Source of the DNA: Crocosphaera subtropica ATCC 51142
GTDB taxonomy: Bacteria; Cyanobacteriota; Cyanobacteriia; Cyanobacteriales; Microcystaceae
Direction of reading: 5' to 3'
Assembly: GCF_000017845.1 (NCBI RefSeq)
Contig: NC_010546.1
Span: 960,001 to 992,000 of the forward strand
Length of the DNA: 32,000 nucleotides
The position numbers were made by a program, and so were the translations under genes. Under the pieces are notes generated by a model that was not told the DNA's origin, searched no databases, and worked only from the letters and a program-made list of their open reading frames with translations. This document shows, one piece after another, positions 8,009 to 16,467 of this stretch; within the stretch, counting starts at the first letter, position 1, and every line of letters starts with the position of its first letter.

Positions 8009-9331
8009 ATGATACTTTTTGCTTATTTTTATAGCGAACCTTTACTAGAAACTGTTTTAGAGATACCTATCAATGACTTAAAAATAGAGCGAGTTTATCA
8101 CGATTTAGGAGCCAGATATGAATTAGAAAAACTCTTAAATGATTGTCAACAAACTCCGCCGAATTATCTCTTAATTCGTCAATTAGAAGAACTAGGAGAT
8201 GATTATAATCTTATTAAAAATAATTATCAAAGATTAACAAATTTAGGAATAAAAATACTTGTTTTAGAGAATCAAAAATTAACTAATTTAGATAAATTAG
8301 AATCATTAGAAAATACAACAAAAATTGATATTAATGATCCAAAATTATTAGAAACTATCAAGGAAAATCAAAGAAATTTATCCCTGAAAAAAGGACAAGC
8401 TTTAACAAGAATTAAAGCCCTACCACCTCCAGGAAAAGCCCCTTATGGATACCGTCGAGGGAAAGACTGTTATATTATAGATCGTAGTACCGCCCCTATC
8501 ATTAAAGACTTTTTTGAACAATTTTTATTATTTGGATCATTACGAGGGGCTATTAATTATTTAGCCAAACGATACGGTAAAAAAATCTCTGTTTCTACGG
8601 GAAGTCGTTGGTTAAAAAACCCTGTTTATCGAGGGGATTTAAAATACAAAAATAACGAAATCATTTCTAATACTCATGTACCGATTATTTCACGAGAAGA
8701 AGCAGCACAAATTGATCGTTTATTGGGTAGAAATCGAAAATTATCTACAAAAACAGCTAGTGCAAAACATTCTCTAGTCGGGTTAGTCAGTTGTAAAAAA
8801 TGTCATAATTCAATGATAATTAACCATGTAACTCAAAGAAATAAAAAAAAAGAATATCTCTATATCCGTCCACAAAACTGTCCTTTAAACCCTCAATGTA
8901 AAGCTATTGCTTATCAAGAGGTTTTAAACCGAACCATTGATTATATTTGTAAGAACTTTCCTGAAAAAGTAAAAAGCTTTGATCCCAAACAAATAGAAAC
9001 CTATAAAAATAATATTCAAACTCAGATAGAAGAAAAAAAAGACATAATTAATCAATTATCTTCTTTAATTCAATGCAATATTCTTGATGAATCAACAGCT
9101 AACCTAAGACGTTATAATTTAAACCTAGAAATCAGTGAATTACGTTCTCAACTCGAACAACTTCCCCCAGAAAACTTAAAAAAAATTGCTGAAGCTGTTT
9201 CCTTACCGAGATTTTGGCAAGACTTATCCGAAGCAGAAAGACGGTTTTACTTTCGAGAATTTATTCGTCAGATTTATATCGAACAAACCGCGAAAGTAGA
9301 CTGGAATTTGGAAATTACTTTTATTATCTAA
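8009..9331 (+). CDS. Large serine recombinase homologue with an apparently degenerate catalytic domain
   Basis: Recombinase domain (PPPGKAPYGYRRG...NPVYRGDL), Cys-rich zinc-ribbon region (CKKCHNSM...NCPLNPQC) and a coiled-coil tail. The N-terminal resolvase-like domain reads AYFYSEPLLE where Y-x-R-x-S-x-x-x-Q is expected. It reads IRQLEELGD where LDRLxR is expected. Confidence 0.7.
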   Translation: MILFAYFYSEPLLETVLEIPINDLKIERVYHDLGARYELEKLLNDCQQTPPNYLLIRQLEELGDDYNLIKNNYQRLTNLGIKILVLENQKLTNLDKLESLENTTKIDINDPKLLETIKENQRNLSLKKGQALTRIKALPPPGKAPYGYRRGKDCYIIDRSTAPIIKDFFEQFLLFGSLRGAINYLAKRYGKKISVSTGSRWLKNPVYRGDLKYKNNEIISNTHVPIISREEAAQIDRLLGRNRKLSTKTASAKHSLVGLVSCKKCHNSMIINHVTQRNKKKEYLYIRPQNCPLNPQCKAIAYQEVLNRTIDYICKNFPEKVKSFDPKQIETYKNNIQTQIEEKKDIINQLSSLIQCNILDESTANLRRYNLNLEISELRSQLEQLPPENLKKIAEAVSLPRFWQDLSEAERRFYFREFIRQIYIEQTAKVDWNLEITFII

Positions 9332-9605
9332 TTCCATTAACTGATCGCCGTTTTCTGAACAATCCAGTCATACTTAAACCTGTAATTAATAAGCCAACTA
9401 ATCCCAAGCCATTCAAAACAGGAAAAATCTCATCCAATCCGATAATTTCCATTGTATGAATTTCCATTAAGAAATGGGCAAATCTTTCCTGGTGAAACCA
9501 TTCATCAAACATAGTATAACCCATACCCGTGAGAACCGTTGAAATTAAAGGTAGACAAAGAGCAACCGCTAACCAACGATGATATTTACGAAATAAACGA
9601 ATCAT
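9324..9605 (-). CDS. Small membrane protein with a PepSY-associated TM-helix-like N-terminus (93 aa)
   Basis: Starts at the internal Met (ATG 9605) preceded by GGAGAAG. MIRLFRKYHRWLAVALCLPLISTVLTG resembles the PepSY_TM motif. Two predicted TM segments. Confidence 0.6.
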   Translation of the reverse strand: MIRLFRKYHRWLAVALCLPLISTVLTGMGYTMFDEWFHQERFAHFLMEIHTMEIIGLDEIFPVLNGLGLVGLLITGLSMTGLFRKRRSVNGIR

Positions 9606-9659
9606 AGAACTTCTCCGAACAATAATTATAATTTTCACTCCCCATTCACCACACAATTT

Positions 9660-9812
9660 TTATGACATAATATGTTCATTAATAGAAATAGCTGTCCATT
9701 TGCGACTTGCATCAAAAACCGTTGAACTTGCCCCACAGCACATGAGGAGTATGAGGGGTAAACTGATAAGAAAAGTAAGAGAGAAATGATGTTTTTGAAA
9801 TAGACGAATCAT
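9660..9812 (-). CDS. Micro-ORF of 50 aa, a truncated paralogue of the 93-aa protein
   Basis: MIRLFQKHHFSLTFLISLPLILLMCCGASS... shares the MIRLF(R/Q)K(Y/H)H start with the 9324-9605 ORF. AAGAGG lies 7 nt upstream. It is not in the supplied ORF track because it is too short. Confidence 0.45.
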   Translation of the reverse strand: MIRLFQKHHFSLTFLISLPLILLMCCGASSTVFDASRKWTAISINEHIMS

Positions 9813-9847
9813 AGTCATACCTCTTTAAATAGGAAAGGAATGAAAGC

Positions 9848-9934
9848 TTAAAACGCAAACCCAAAGGTGAGAACTAAAGAAAAAGCAGACGTAATCACGG
9901 TAATCCACAAAATTTGTCCATCTTCACGATTCAT
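9848..9934 (-). CDS. Micro-ORF of 28 aa, a single-TM peptide
   Basis: MNREDGQILWITVITSAFSLVLTFGFAF. A strong AGGAGG lies 7 nt upstream of the ATG. It sits 95 nt downstream of the kinase gene on the same strand. Confidence 0.45.
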   Translation of the reverse strand: MNREDGQILWITVITSAFSLVLTFGFAF

Positions 9935-10029
9935 AAGACTTCCTCCTAAACTGTAGTAACGACTCTTTGCTTCGTTATCTATTACTGTAGGGAAAGATAG
10001 TAAAGAAGTTGGGTTGATCTAACGTTTTT

Positions 10030-11346
10030 CTAACTCACTAAAGGTAGACGAACTTGAAAACAGCTACCCATCCCCACTTGACTCTTAACGGTAATTTCTC
10101 CGTCGTGGTGTTGAGCGATCGCTTGAGAAATGGCTAACCCTAACCCTGAACCTTGGGGGCGGTAACTCCGGGCAGTATCTTCTCGCCATAAGCGATCAAA
10201 AATATGGGGTAAATTTTCCTCTGCAATACCGATACCGGTATCTTCTACCATAACCAGGGCTGATTGATCGTCTTGCTTTAAGCTAACGGTGACTTTTCCC
10301 CCTATAGGAGTGTACTGTAAGGCATTTTCAACCAAATTAGAAAATAACCGTAATAATTGATGGCTTTCTCCTTTGATGATTGCATCCTTAAAACAGAATA
10401 ATTGTAAGGTAATGTCTTTTCCTTCGGCGTTGGGTTCTAAAAATTCCACCACATCCTCTAATAATTCTATGAGAGGGATTTTTTGCCACCCTTGACGACT
10501 CATCTCCCGTTTTCCGTCCATACGGGCTAATAAGAGTAAATCTTCCACTAAATGGGACATTTGATCCGTGGCACTGAGAATAATATCCAGTTTAGGAATA
10601 TCTTCGCTTTGAAACCGTTCAGGATGGCTTTTTAAGAGGGTGACAGAGGTTTTAATGGCGGTTAGGGGACTGCGTAACTCATGGGAGGCATCGGCGGTAA
10701 ACTGTTTTAGCTGTCGAAAACTTTGCTCAATGGGTTTCAGAGACTGTCGGGTTAACCACATTCCCCCTACACCAATCAATCCTAGAGCAATCATGCCCCC
10801 AAACATAGATTTCCAGCGTAATCGGTTTAAAACCGCTTCCACTGACTGGGTGGACTCACTAACCCTAACATAGCCTTCTAAATGTCGTTTTTCTTGGGGA
10901 TCATGATAGGCCATGATGGTTAAAATGCGAATTTTTCCGTCGTCAACAGTTTGAAACCCTACTTTAAACGGCCAAGCAGGTTGAAGGTTGCCAGAATGGG
11001 CTAAGGGTTCTTGGCGATCGCCGAACCATTCGACACTTTGTTGAGGTTGCCGGAGGTTTTGCCAAGCAATGTCTAAATCTCCGTCTTGATCCAGTTTCCG
11101 ATAAGCTGGATTATCAACGGCTTTAGGATTATTTTTTATGTCAATTAAACTATGGGCTGCTGATTGGGCTAAATTGATTAAACGCTGATCCAATTGTTGA
11201 TATAAACCATGAGCAAACAATTGATAAATTAATATATTGGACAGTAACCGAATGGCCATCATCACCAATAAATAAGACAGTAATAAACGCCATCGTAACG
11301 CCCGAAATTGGTGATCAAGGGTCTTCTGTTTAGATTTGGTTTTCAT
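10030..11346 (-). CDS. Sensor histidine kinase (two TM segments, HisKA plus HATPase_c)
   Basis: H-box FTADASHELRSPLTAI, plus the N, G1 and G2 boxes (NLVENALQYTP, EDTGIGI, GSGLGLAI). Confidence 0.9.
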   Translation of the reverse strand: MKTKSKQKTLDHQFRALRWRLLLSYLLVMMAIRLLSNILIYQLFAHGLYQQLDQRLINLAQSAAHSLIDIKNNPKAVDNPAYRKLDQDGDLDIAWQNLRQPQQSVEWFGDRQEPLAHSGNLQPAWPFKVGFQTVDDGKIRILTIMAYHDPQEKRHLEGYVRVSESTQSVEAVLNRLRWKSMFGGMIALGLIGVGGMWLTRQSLKPIEQSFRQLKQFTADASHELRSPLTAIKTSVTLLKSHPERFQSEDIPKLDIILSATDQMSHLVEDLLLLARMDGKREMSRQGWQKIPLIELLEDVVEFLEPNAEGKDITLQLFCFKDAIIKGESHQLLRLFSNLVENALQYTPIGGKVTVSLKQDDQSALVMVEDTGIGIAEENLPHIFDRLWREDTARSYRPQGSGLGLAISQAIAQHHDGEITVKSQVGMGSCFQVRLPLVS

Positions 11347-11379
11347 GTCATCTCCTTGCCCTTTTCAATTTTCTACGAT

Positions 11380-12057
11380 TTACCCTTGTTTGAGGCGATA
11401 GCCGACTCCATAAACCGTTTCAATAAAGTCGGGGGGTGCGCCCACTTTCCTTAATTTTTTTCGTAAATCTTTGATATGAACTTTGACCGCTTCTTCACTG
11501 GGGGGATCTTCAAATGACCAGAGATTATCTAAAATAGCACTGCGACTTAAAACTATATTTTCGTTGCGTAAAAATAACTCTAATAATCCATATTCTTTGG
11601 GGGTTAAATGTAATAGTTTATCGCTATAAGTCACTTCATAATTACTGGGATCGAGCCGCAATTGTTGCCATTCTAAAATAGGGTTAGGGGCGACGTTACC
11701 CCGTCGTAATAAAGCTCGAATTCTAGCCAATAATTCAGGTACATCAAAGGGTTTAACGACATAATCATCTGCCCCCACATCTAGCCCCATAACTTTATCT
11801 TCGCTAGTATCTTTTGCCGTTAACATAAGGACAGGAATGGTATAGCCTGATTGACGAATCCGTTGACATAAACCAATACCTGTTAGTTTCGGTAACATGA
11901 CATCTAACAGGATTAAATCATAAGCTAAGGCTTCTATAAATTCCCATCCTTTTTCCCCATCTCCAGCCATATCAACGGTGTATCTTTGTTCAGTAAGACT
12001 GGCTGCTAAAACCTTAGCAATTCGTTCGTCATCTTCCACTAAAAGAATTCTCATCAC
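11380..12057 (-). CDS. OmpR-family response regulator
   Basis: Receiver domain (MRILLVEDD...DLILLDVMLP...LTAKD) plus a winged-helix C-terminus (TVYGVGYRL). Confidence 0.9.
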   Translation of the reverse strand: MMRILLVEDDERIAKVLAASLTEQRYTVDMAGDGEKGWEFIEALAYDLILLDVMLPKLTGIGLCQRIRQSGYTIPVLMLTAKDTSEDKVMGLDVGADDYVVKPFDVPELLARIRALLRRGNVAPNPILEWQQLRLDPSNYEVTYSDKLLHLTPKEYGLLELFLRNENIVLSRSAILDNLWSFEDPPSEEAVKVHIKDLRKKLRKVGAPPDFIETVYGVGYRLKQG

Positions 12058-12076
12058 TGTTCCCCCTAATCTTGAT

Positions 12077-12106
12077 ACTTAATTGACAGTTTCGCTTCAA
12101 TTAAGT
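12077..12106. promoter_or_regulatory. Perfect 10-bp inverted repeat in the leader of the two-component operon
   Basis: acttaattga (12077-12086), a 10-nt spacer, then tcaattaagt (12097-12106). It lies 20-50 nt upstream of the regulator start codon. Confidence 0.35.
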
Positions 12107-12248
12107 CAATGCTCTTATTTTAAAATAGTGAGGGATTCATAAACTGTTCATCTTTAACAAAAATGGTTAACTTATTATTACTTTATTTTTAATAACCGAA
12201 CATTTACTTTTTGGCTTTTTTCTGTACGATTAAATGTTGTTAGATATT

Positions 12249-12611
12249 TTACGATCTCTCTGTAAGATATATAGCTTTAAAAATTAAAGCTATTGTCACA
12301 GCATGAAAAACTGCAATTAGAAGATTACTGATAACAACAGGATTCTCAAACGTACTAACAGTAAAAGGTGTTGTTACCTTATAAATAACCTGGACAAACA
12401 GCAATGAAAATACATATTTGACCTCATCTATAAATAATAGAGCAATTGATGCTATACAAATTGCAAAATAGATGGACAGTAGAATTCCTTGGGCTGGACT
12501 GAAAACTCCATAACCCCTTTGTGTCCAATTGGCCCTAGAAATGATGCCAAAACAAATAGGCACAAGAACAGAAATATTAAGGATTAGAGAAAGCTTAATC
12601 ATTAACTTCAT
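12249..12611 (-). CDS. Small integral membrane protein (about 120 aa, four hydrophobic segments)
   Basis: Hydrophobic ORF. ATG 12611 (MKLMIKLSL...) is preferred over the upstream TTG. No recognisable family. Confidence 0.5.
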   Translation of the reverse strand: MKLMIKLSLILNISVLVPICFGIISRANWTQRGYGVFSPAQGILLSIYFAICIASIALLFIDEVKYVFSLLFVQVIYKVTTPFTVSTFENPVVISNLLIAVFHAVTIALIFKAIYLTERS

Positions 12612-12662
12612 ACTGACCTTCGATTCAAAGAACAATGAATTATATAGAAGTTCTCATACTTG

Positions 12663-12726
12663 TGAGGTACACCATTTTCTAGTTTTAGGAGTCAGGAGTC
12701 AGGAGTTAAATATTAGGTGTACCTCA
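12663..12726. repeat. 11-bp perfect inverted repeat enclosing three heptamer repeats
   Basis: tgaggtacacc (12663-12673) pairs with ggtgtacctca (12716-12726). The loop contains aggagtc aggagtc aggagtt (12687-12707). Confidence 0.7.
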
Positions 12727-12807
12727 TGAGTCCAAGAAACGCTATAAGTGCCTAACTATTAATTATACGGAGATTTCCCCTATTCCTTTTGGATTGTTTT
12801 TTTACTA

Positions 12808-13212
12808 TTAAAATGTAGTTGAAATCGCTTGCACGGGACAAGCAGGAATACATTGTTCACAAACCACACAGCGAGATCGCCGAAAGGTTAACTTAAAGGT
12901 TTCTGGATCAAGCATTAACGCCTCAGTGGGACACACACCAGTACATAACCCACAGTCTACACATTGATTCTCATTAATACTAATTTCACGACTGGCTAAG
13001 GATACCCCAATATCTTGAGCTTGCATCCACTCAATAGCTGCTTCAATGGCATCAATATCCCCTAGTAATTCTAACACTAATTTTCCCACTTGATTGGGGG
13101 CAACTTGGGCGCGGATAATATTAGAAGCAATATTAAAATCTTTAGCTAAACGATAGGTTAACGGCATTTGTACCGTGCGCTTGGGAAACGTAAGAGTGAC
13201 TCGTTTTTTCAT
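12808..13212 (-). CDS. NIL-domain / 2x[4Fe-4S] ferredoxin-domain protein
   Basis: The N-terminal NIL-like region is followed by CVDCGLCTGVCP and CVVCEQCIPACP cluster motifs. Confidence 0.8.
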   Translation of the reverse strand: MKKRVTLTFPKRTVQMPLTYRLAKDFNIASNIIRAQVAPNQVGKLVLELLGDIDAIEAAIEWMQAQDIGVSLASREISINENQCVDCGLCTGVCPTEALMLDPETFKLTFRRSRCVVCEQCIPACPVQAISTTF

Positions 13213-13309
13213 AATTTAACTCAAGTTCAAACCTGAAATTTAACTTCAAAAAAATGTGAAATATTATAAAATAGATGAGACGTAAAATCTTTTTTCTTTA
13301 ATAACTTAT

Positions 13310-13867
13310 ATGTCTGAAATTGTTAATGCTAATCGTATCAGAAACACTATCATCGCTTTTGCGGCCATTGCTCTTAGTATAGCGATATTTTTTGGTTTTC
13401 AAACCCAAACGGGTTCCGTTTCCTTAGAAGCACAAGCCAAGGAGTCAACCCCCATTGAAGTAGCTATGAAGAACGGAAAACCCACTTTAACAGAATTTTA
13501 CGCTGATTGGTGTACCAGTTGTCAGGCCATGGCTCCAGAATTAGCTCAATTAAAGCAAAAATATGGGGATTCGGTAAACTTCGTCATGCTCAATGTGGAT
13601 AATAATAAATGGTTGCCCGAAATTCTCCGTTATCGAGTGGATGGGATTCCTCATTTTGTCTTTATTGACGATCAAGGAAAAGCGATCGCTCAAACCATTG
13701 GCGAACAACCGCCTTCCGTGATGGAAGCCAATTTAAACGCATTAATTGACCATGAAACGTTACCCTATGCTGCTTCTACAGGACAAACCTCAGAGTTAAA
13801 ACCAACAAATAACCCAACCACTGATCCTCGTAGTCATAGTTCCCAGTTGCCTCATGCGGAGGTGTAA
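13310..13867 (+). CDS. txlA: Thioredoxin-like membrane-anchored protein (TxlA-type)
   Basis: N-terminal TM anchor and a WCTSCQ redox motif. The overall sequence resembles cyanobacterial TxlA. Confidence 0.75.
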   Translation: MSEIVNANRIRNTIIAFAAIALSIAIFFGFQTQTGSVSLEAQAKESTPIEVAMKNGKPTLTEFYADWCTSCQAMAPELAQLKQKYGDSVNFVMLNVDNNKWLPEILRYRVDGIPHFVFIDDQGKAIAQTIGEQPPSVMEANLNALIDHETLPYAASTGQTSELKPTNNPTTDPRSHSSQLPHAEV

Positions 13868-13944
13868 CCATTGAACAACTTAAGGCTTATGTTGAAAATC
13901 AATCAACACCCAAGAAATAAGGATGCTACGCAGTTTTATTATTG

Positions 13945-14044
13945 GCAAAAAGACGAGCGAACTTGGCGAGGTTTCCTCGCCTAAAGCACCCGCGAGTCAT
14001 CTCGCCGTTAAAACTGTCGTTTTTAACGGCAGTCCTCTTTTTGC
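13945..14044 (+). other. About 100-nt GC-rich structured element (closing stem plus three hairpins)
   Basis: - P1: gcaaaaaga (13945-13953) / tctttttgc (14036-14044)
- P2: ggcgag (13965-13970) / ctcgcc (13976-13981)
- P3: gcgag (13992-13996) / ctcgc (14001-14005)
- P4: gccgttaaaa (14004-14013) / ttttaacggc (14021-14030)

P3 and P4 share 2 nt. Strand and function are unknown. Confidence 0.35.
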
Positions 14045-14143
14045 ATTTTAGATAGAAATAAGAATGCTATAAATTATTTCTCTACCCACTCCCTGGTCCC
14101 TTGCAGTCTTTTGTAGCAAACATAAAGCGATTTGATATAAGGT

Positions 14144-14187
14144 GAGTTCGGAGTTCGGGGTTAAGAGTTCGGGGTTAGGAGTTCGGG
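14144..14187. repeat. Heptamer tandem repeat (STRR-like), about 6 units
   Basis: gagttcg gagttcg gggttaa gagttcg gggttag gagttcg gg. It is followed by the partly complementary tactccc tactccc. It lies between the convergent txlA and glpK genes. Confidence 0.8.
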
Positions 14188-14229
14188 AAGACGCTTCTTA
14201 TTGTCTCCCTCTACTCCCTACTCCCTGCT

Positions 14230-15735
14230 TTACTCTTCAATCCAATGTTTCGCCCGTTCAACGGCTCTTGTCCAAGTCAAAAAGTTCTCTTGTACTGCAC
14301 TCGAATTTTTTCCCGGTTCAAAGACGCGATCGATTTGACGACGGGCGATCAAATCATCATAATTATCCCAATAACCCACCGTTAACCCGGCTCCAAAGGC
14401 AGCCCCCTGTGCCGTGGCATCTAAAACCACTGGGCGTTCGATAGGAACCCCTAAAGCATCGGCTTGAAACTGCATTAAAAAGTTATTTTGAGACGCACCG
14501 CCATCCACTTTTAACCGCGCTACCGATAAATCTGAATCTTTATTCATCGCATCCACCACTTCTTTTACCTGATAAGCGATCGCTTCTAACACCGCCCTAA
14601 CCATGTGTTCTCGCTGCACACCGCCAGTAATACCTATATACAATCCTCGTGCTGACATATCCCAGTGAGGCGCACCCAACCCACTTAAAGCAGGGACAAA
14701 ATAAACGCCATTAGTATCAGCCACTTGATGACAAATAGCCTCAGTTTCCGCTGCGCTGTTGATCAATTTAATCCCATCCCGTAACCATTGAATGGAAGCC
14801 CCTGCGGTGAAAATTGCCCCTTCTAGAGCGTAATTGGTGGATTTATCCTGAGTCCATGCAACGGTAGATAATAACCCATTCGGAGAACGCATGACTTCAT
14901 GACCGGCTTGGACAATGAGAAACGCACCGGTTCCGTAGGTGCATTTGAGTAACCCTGGACGACTGCAACCATGAGCAAATAAAGCAGCTTGTTGATCCCC
15001 GAAAATAGCGGTAATGGGAATTTCAACCCCCAATAAGTCAGCATCAGTATGACCAAACATCCCCATACTTGGTTTAATTTCGGGCATAATATGGGCAGGA
15101 ATGTTGAATAAATCCAGTAGGCTTTCGTCCCAGTTACGAGTATCAAGATTCATCAACATGGTACGAGAAGCGTTACTATGGTCTGTTGCGTGAACTTTTC
15201 GGCCGGTTAGGTTCCACAACATCCAAGTATCCACCGTTCCAGCGATGACGTTATCAAAATTGGTATCGGGTTTATTTTCTTTTACCCAGTCCATTAACCA
15301 GGCCAATTTTGTCGCAGAGAAATAGGGGTCTAACACTAAACCTGTACGGCCTTCGATCTCTTCTACCTTACCCATTTCTCGTAATTGACTACACATGGGG
15401 GAGGTGCGTCTATCTTGCCAAACGATCGCTTTATGAAGGGGTTTCCCTGTGGTTTTATCCCACAATAAACAGGTTTCCCGTTGCACCGTTAAACCGATGG
15501 CTACGATATCTTTACCAGCAATACGGGTCTTTTCTAGCACTTGTCCTAGGACACTTAAGGTGTCTTGCCAAATTTCTAGGGCATCGTGTTCAAGCCAACC
15601 GGGTTGGGGATAATATTGGGTGAGTTCTTTGTAAGCTTGGCCAACCATTGCCCCTTCATGATTAAAGATAATAGCACGGTTGCCAGTGGTTCCTAAATCA
15701 AGAGCTAAGATATATTTTGTTTTATTATTCGTCAT
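14230..15735 (-). CDS. glpK: Glycerol kinase
   Basis: KYILALDLGTTGNR, FGDQQAALF and VDGGAS motifs, with GlpK-like sequence along the full length. ATG 15735 is preferred over the upstream GTG at 15747. Confidence 0.92.
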   Translation of the reverse strand: MTNNKTKYILALDLGTTGNRAIIFNHEGAMVGQAYKELTQYYPQPGWLEHDALEIWQDTLSVLGQVLEKTRIAGKDIVAIGLTVQRETCLLWDKTTGKPLHKAIVWQDRRTSPMCSQLREMGKVEEIEGRTGLVLDPYFSATKLAWLMDWVKENKPDTNFDNVIAGTVDTWMLWNLTGRKVHATDHSNASRTMLMNLDTRNWDESLLDLFNIPAHIMPEIKPSMGMFGHTDADLLGVEIPITAIFGDQQAALFAHGCSRPGLLKCTYGTGAFLIVQAGHEVMRSPNGLLSTVAWTQDKSTNYALEGAIFTAGASIQWLRDGIKLINSAAETEAICHQVADTNGVYFVPALSGLGAPHWDMSARGLYIGITGGVQREHMVRAVLEAIAYQVKEVVDAMNKDSDLSVARLKVDGGASQNNFLMQFQADALGVPIERPVVLDATAQGAAFGAGLTVGYWDNYDDLIARRQIDRVFEPGKNSSAVQENFLTWTRAVERAKHWIEE

Positions 15736-15834
15736 TGGTGATAACACCCTGAATTCTTTTCTTTTAATGCTTGGTAAACATTTTAATCAAATAATTAAAC
15801 CATAACAGAGTTATTCTTGCAGTGAAGGCAAACA

Positions 15835-16467
15835 TCAAGCTAAAACCCCATGCAAAAAAATATCAGCAATACCTTCTGCCATTTCTTGTAAGGCTTTAGG
15901 AGTCGCTTCTGGAGCAATAATGGTTTCTGAGGAAAACCCGGCAATAGCAAACATTCCTAAGAAAACTTGGGCGACAATTTTAGGATTCATCCGACGATAA
16001 ATACCTTTTTCCATTGCAGTTTCAAAGAACGCTTCTGCCACATCGGTCATTTTAATGATCACTTCTGACTGTATTTTTTCTCGTAATTCTTGATGAAATT
16101 GGGCTTCAATAAAACAAACTTTTAATAAATCATTATTTTCCTGCATTCTTAACACCCGTCTCCGCATCACTTGGGCTACAGCTTGATAATTTCCCATTTC
16201 ACTTAATTCCGTTAATAAGTCAGTTAAAATTTCTACCCATCCTTGGGTCGCTACTTCGATTAAAATGGCTTTTTTGTTGGGAAAATAGCGGAATAGGGTT
16301 CCTTCTGCTACCTTTGCTTTCTTGGCTAAATCCTTGGTCGTTGTGCCATCATACCCTTTAGCAGCAAATAGACGTAAGGCTGCTTTGAGAATGCGCGATC
16401 GTGTATCGTCTTCTGTATTAGAAGCATTAAGGGGTTCACGGAGTAAAGTTGAGCGAAAACCTGACAT
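15835..16467 (-). CDS. TetR-family transcriptional regulator
   Basis: HTH region ILKAALRLFAAKGYDGTTTKDLAKKAKVAEGTLFRYFPNK. The start is set at the internal Met at 16467. Confidence 0.8.
   Translation of the reverse strand: MSGFRSTLLREPLNASNTEDDTRSRILKAALRLFAAKGYDGTTTKDLAKKAKVAEGTLFRYFPNKKAILIEVATQGWVEILTDLLTELSEMGNYQAVAQVMRRRVLRMQENNDLLKVCFIEAQFHQELREKIQSEVIIKMTDVAEAFFETAMEKGIYRRMNPKIVAQVFLGMFAIAGFSSETIIAPEATPKALQEMAEGIADIFLHGVLA

Noticed and set aside
9214-9459. 81-aa plus-strand ORF overlapping the recombinase 3' end and the PepSY-TM-like gene.
   Set aside because: It lies out of frame within the recombinase and antisense to a better-supported membrane-protein ORF. It has no RBS or motif.
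10640-10873. 77-aa ORF antisense to the histidine kinase. Similar internal ORFs occur at 12529-12729, 16322-16510, 18377-18574, 24175-24360 and 24444-24713.
   Set aside because: Each is nested in or antisense to a confidently identified gene, with no independent support.
13945-14044. Possible tRNA, because of the cloverleaf-like four-way junction.
   Set aside because: The arm lengths (9, 6, 5 and 10 bp) and loop sizes do not fit a tRNA. There is no GTTCRANYC T-loop or D-loop signature.
14142-15623. ORFs 14142-14444 (+), 14823-15146 (-) and 15309-15623 (+), overlapping glpK.
   Set aside because: These are alternative-frame or antisense shadows of glpK. The 14142 ORF starts inside the heptamer repeat array and gives a low-complexity translation.
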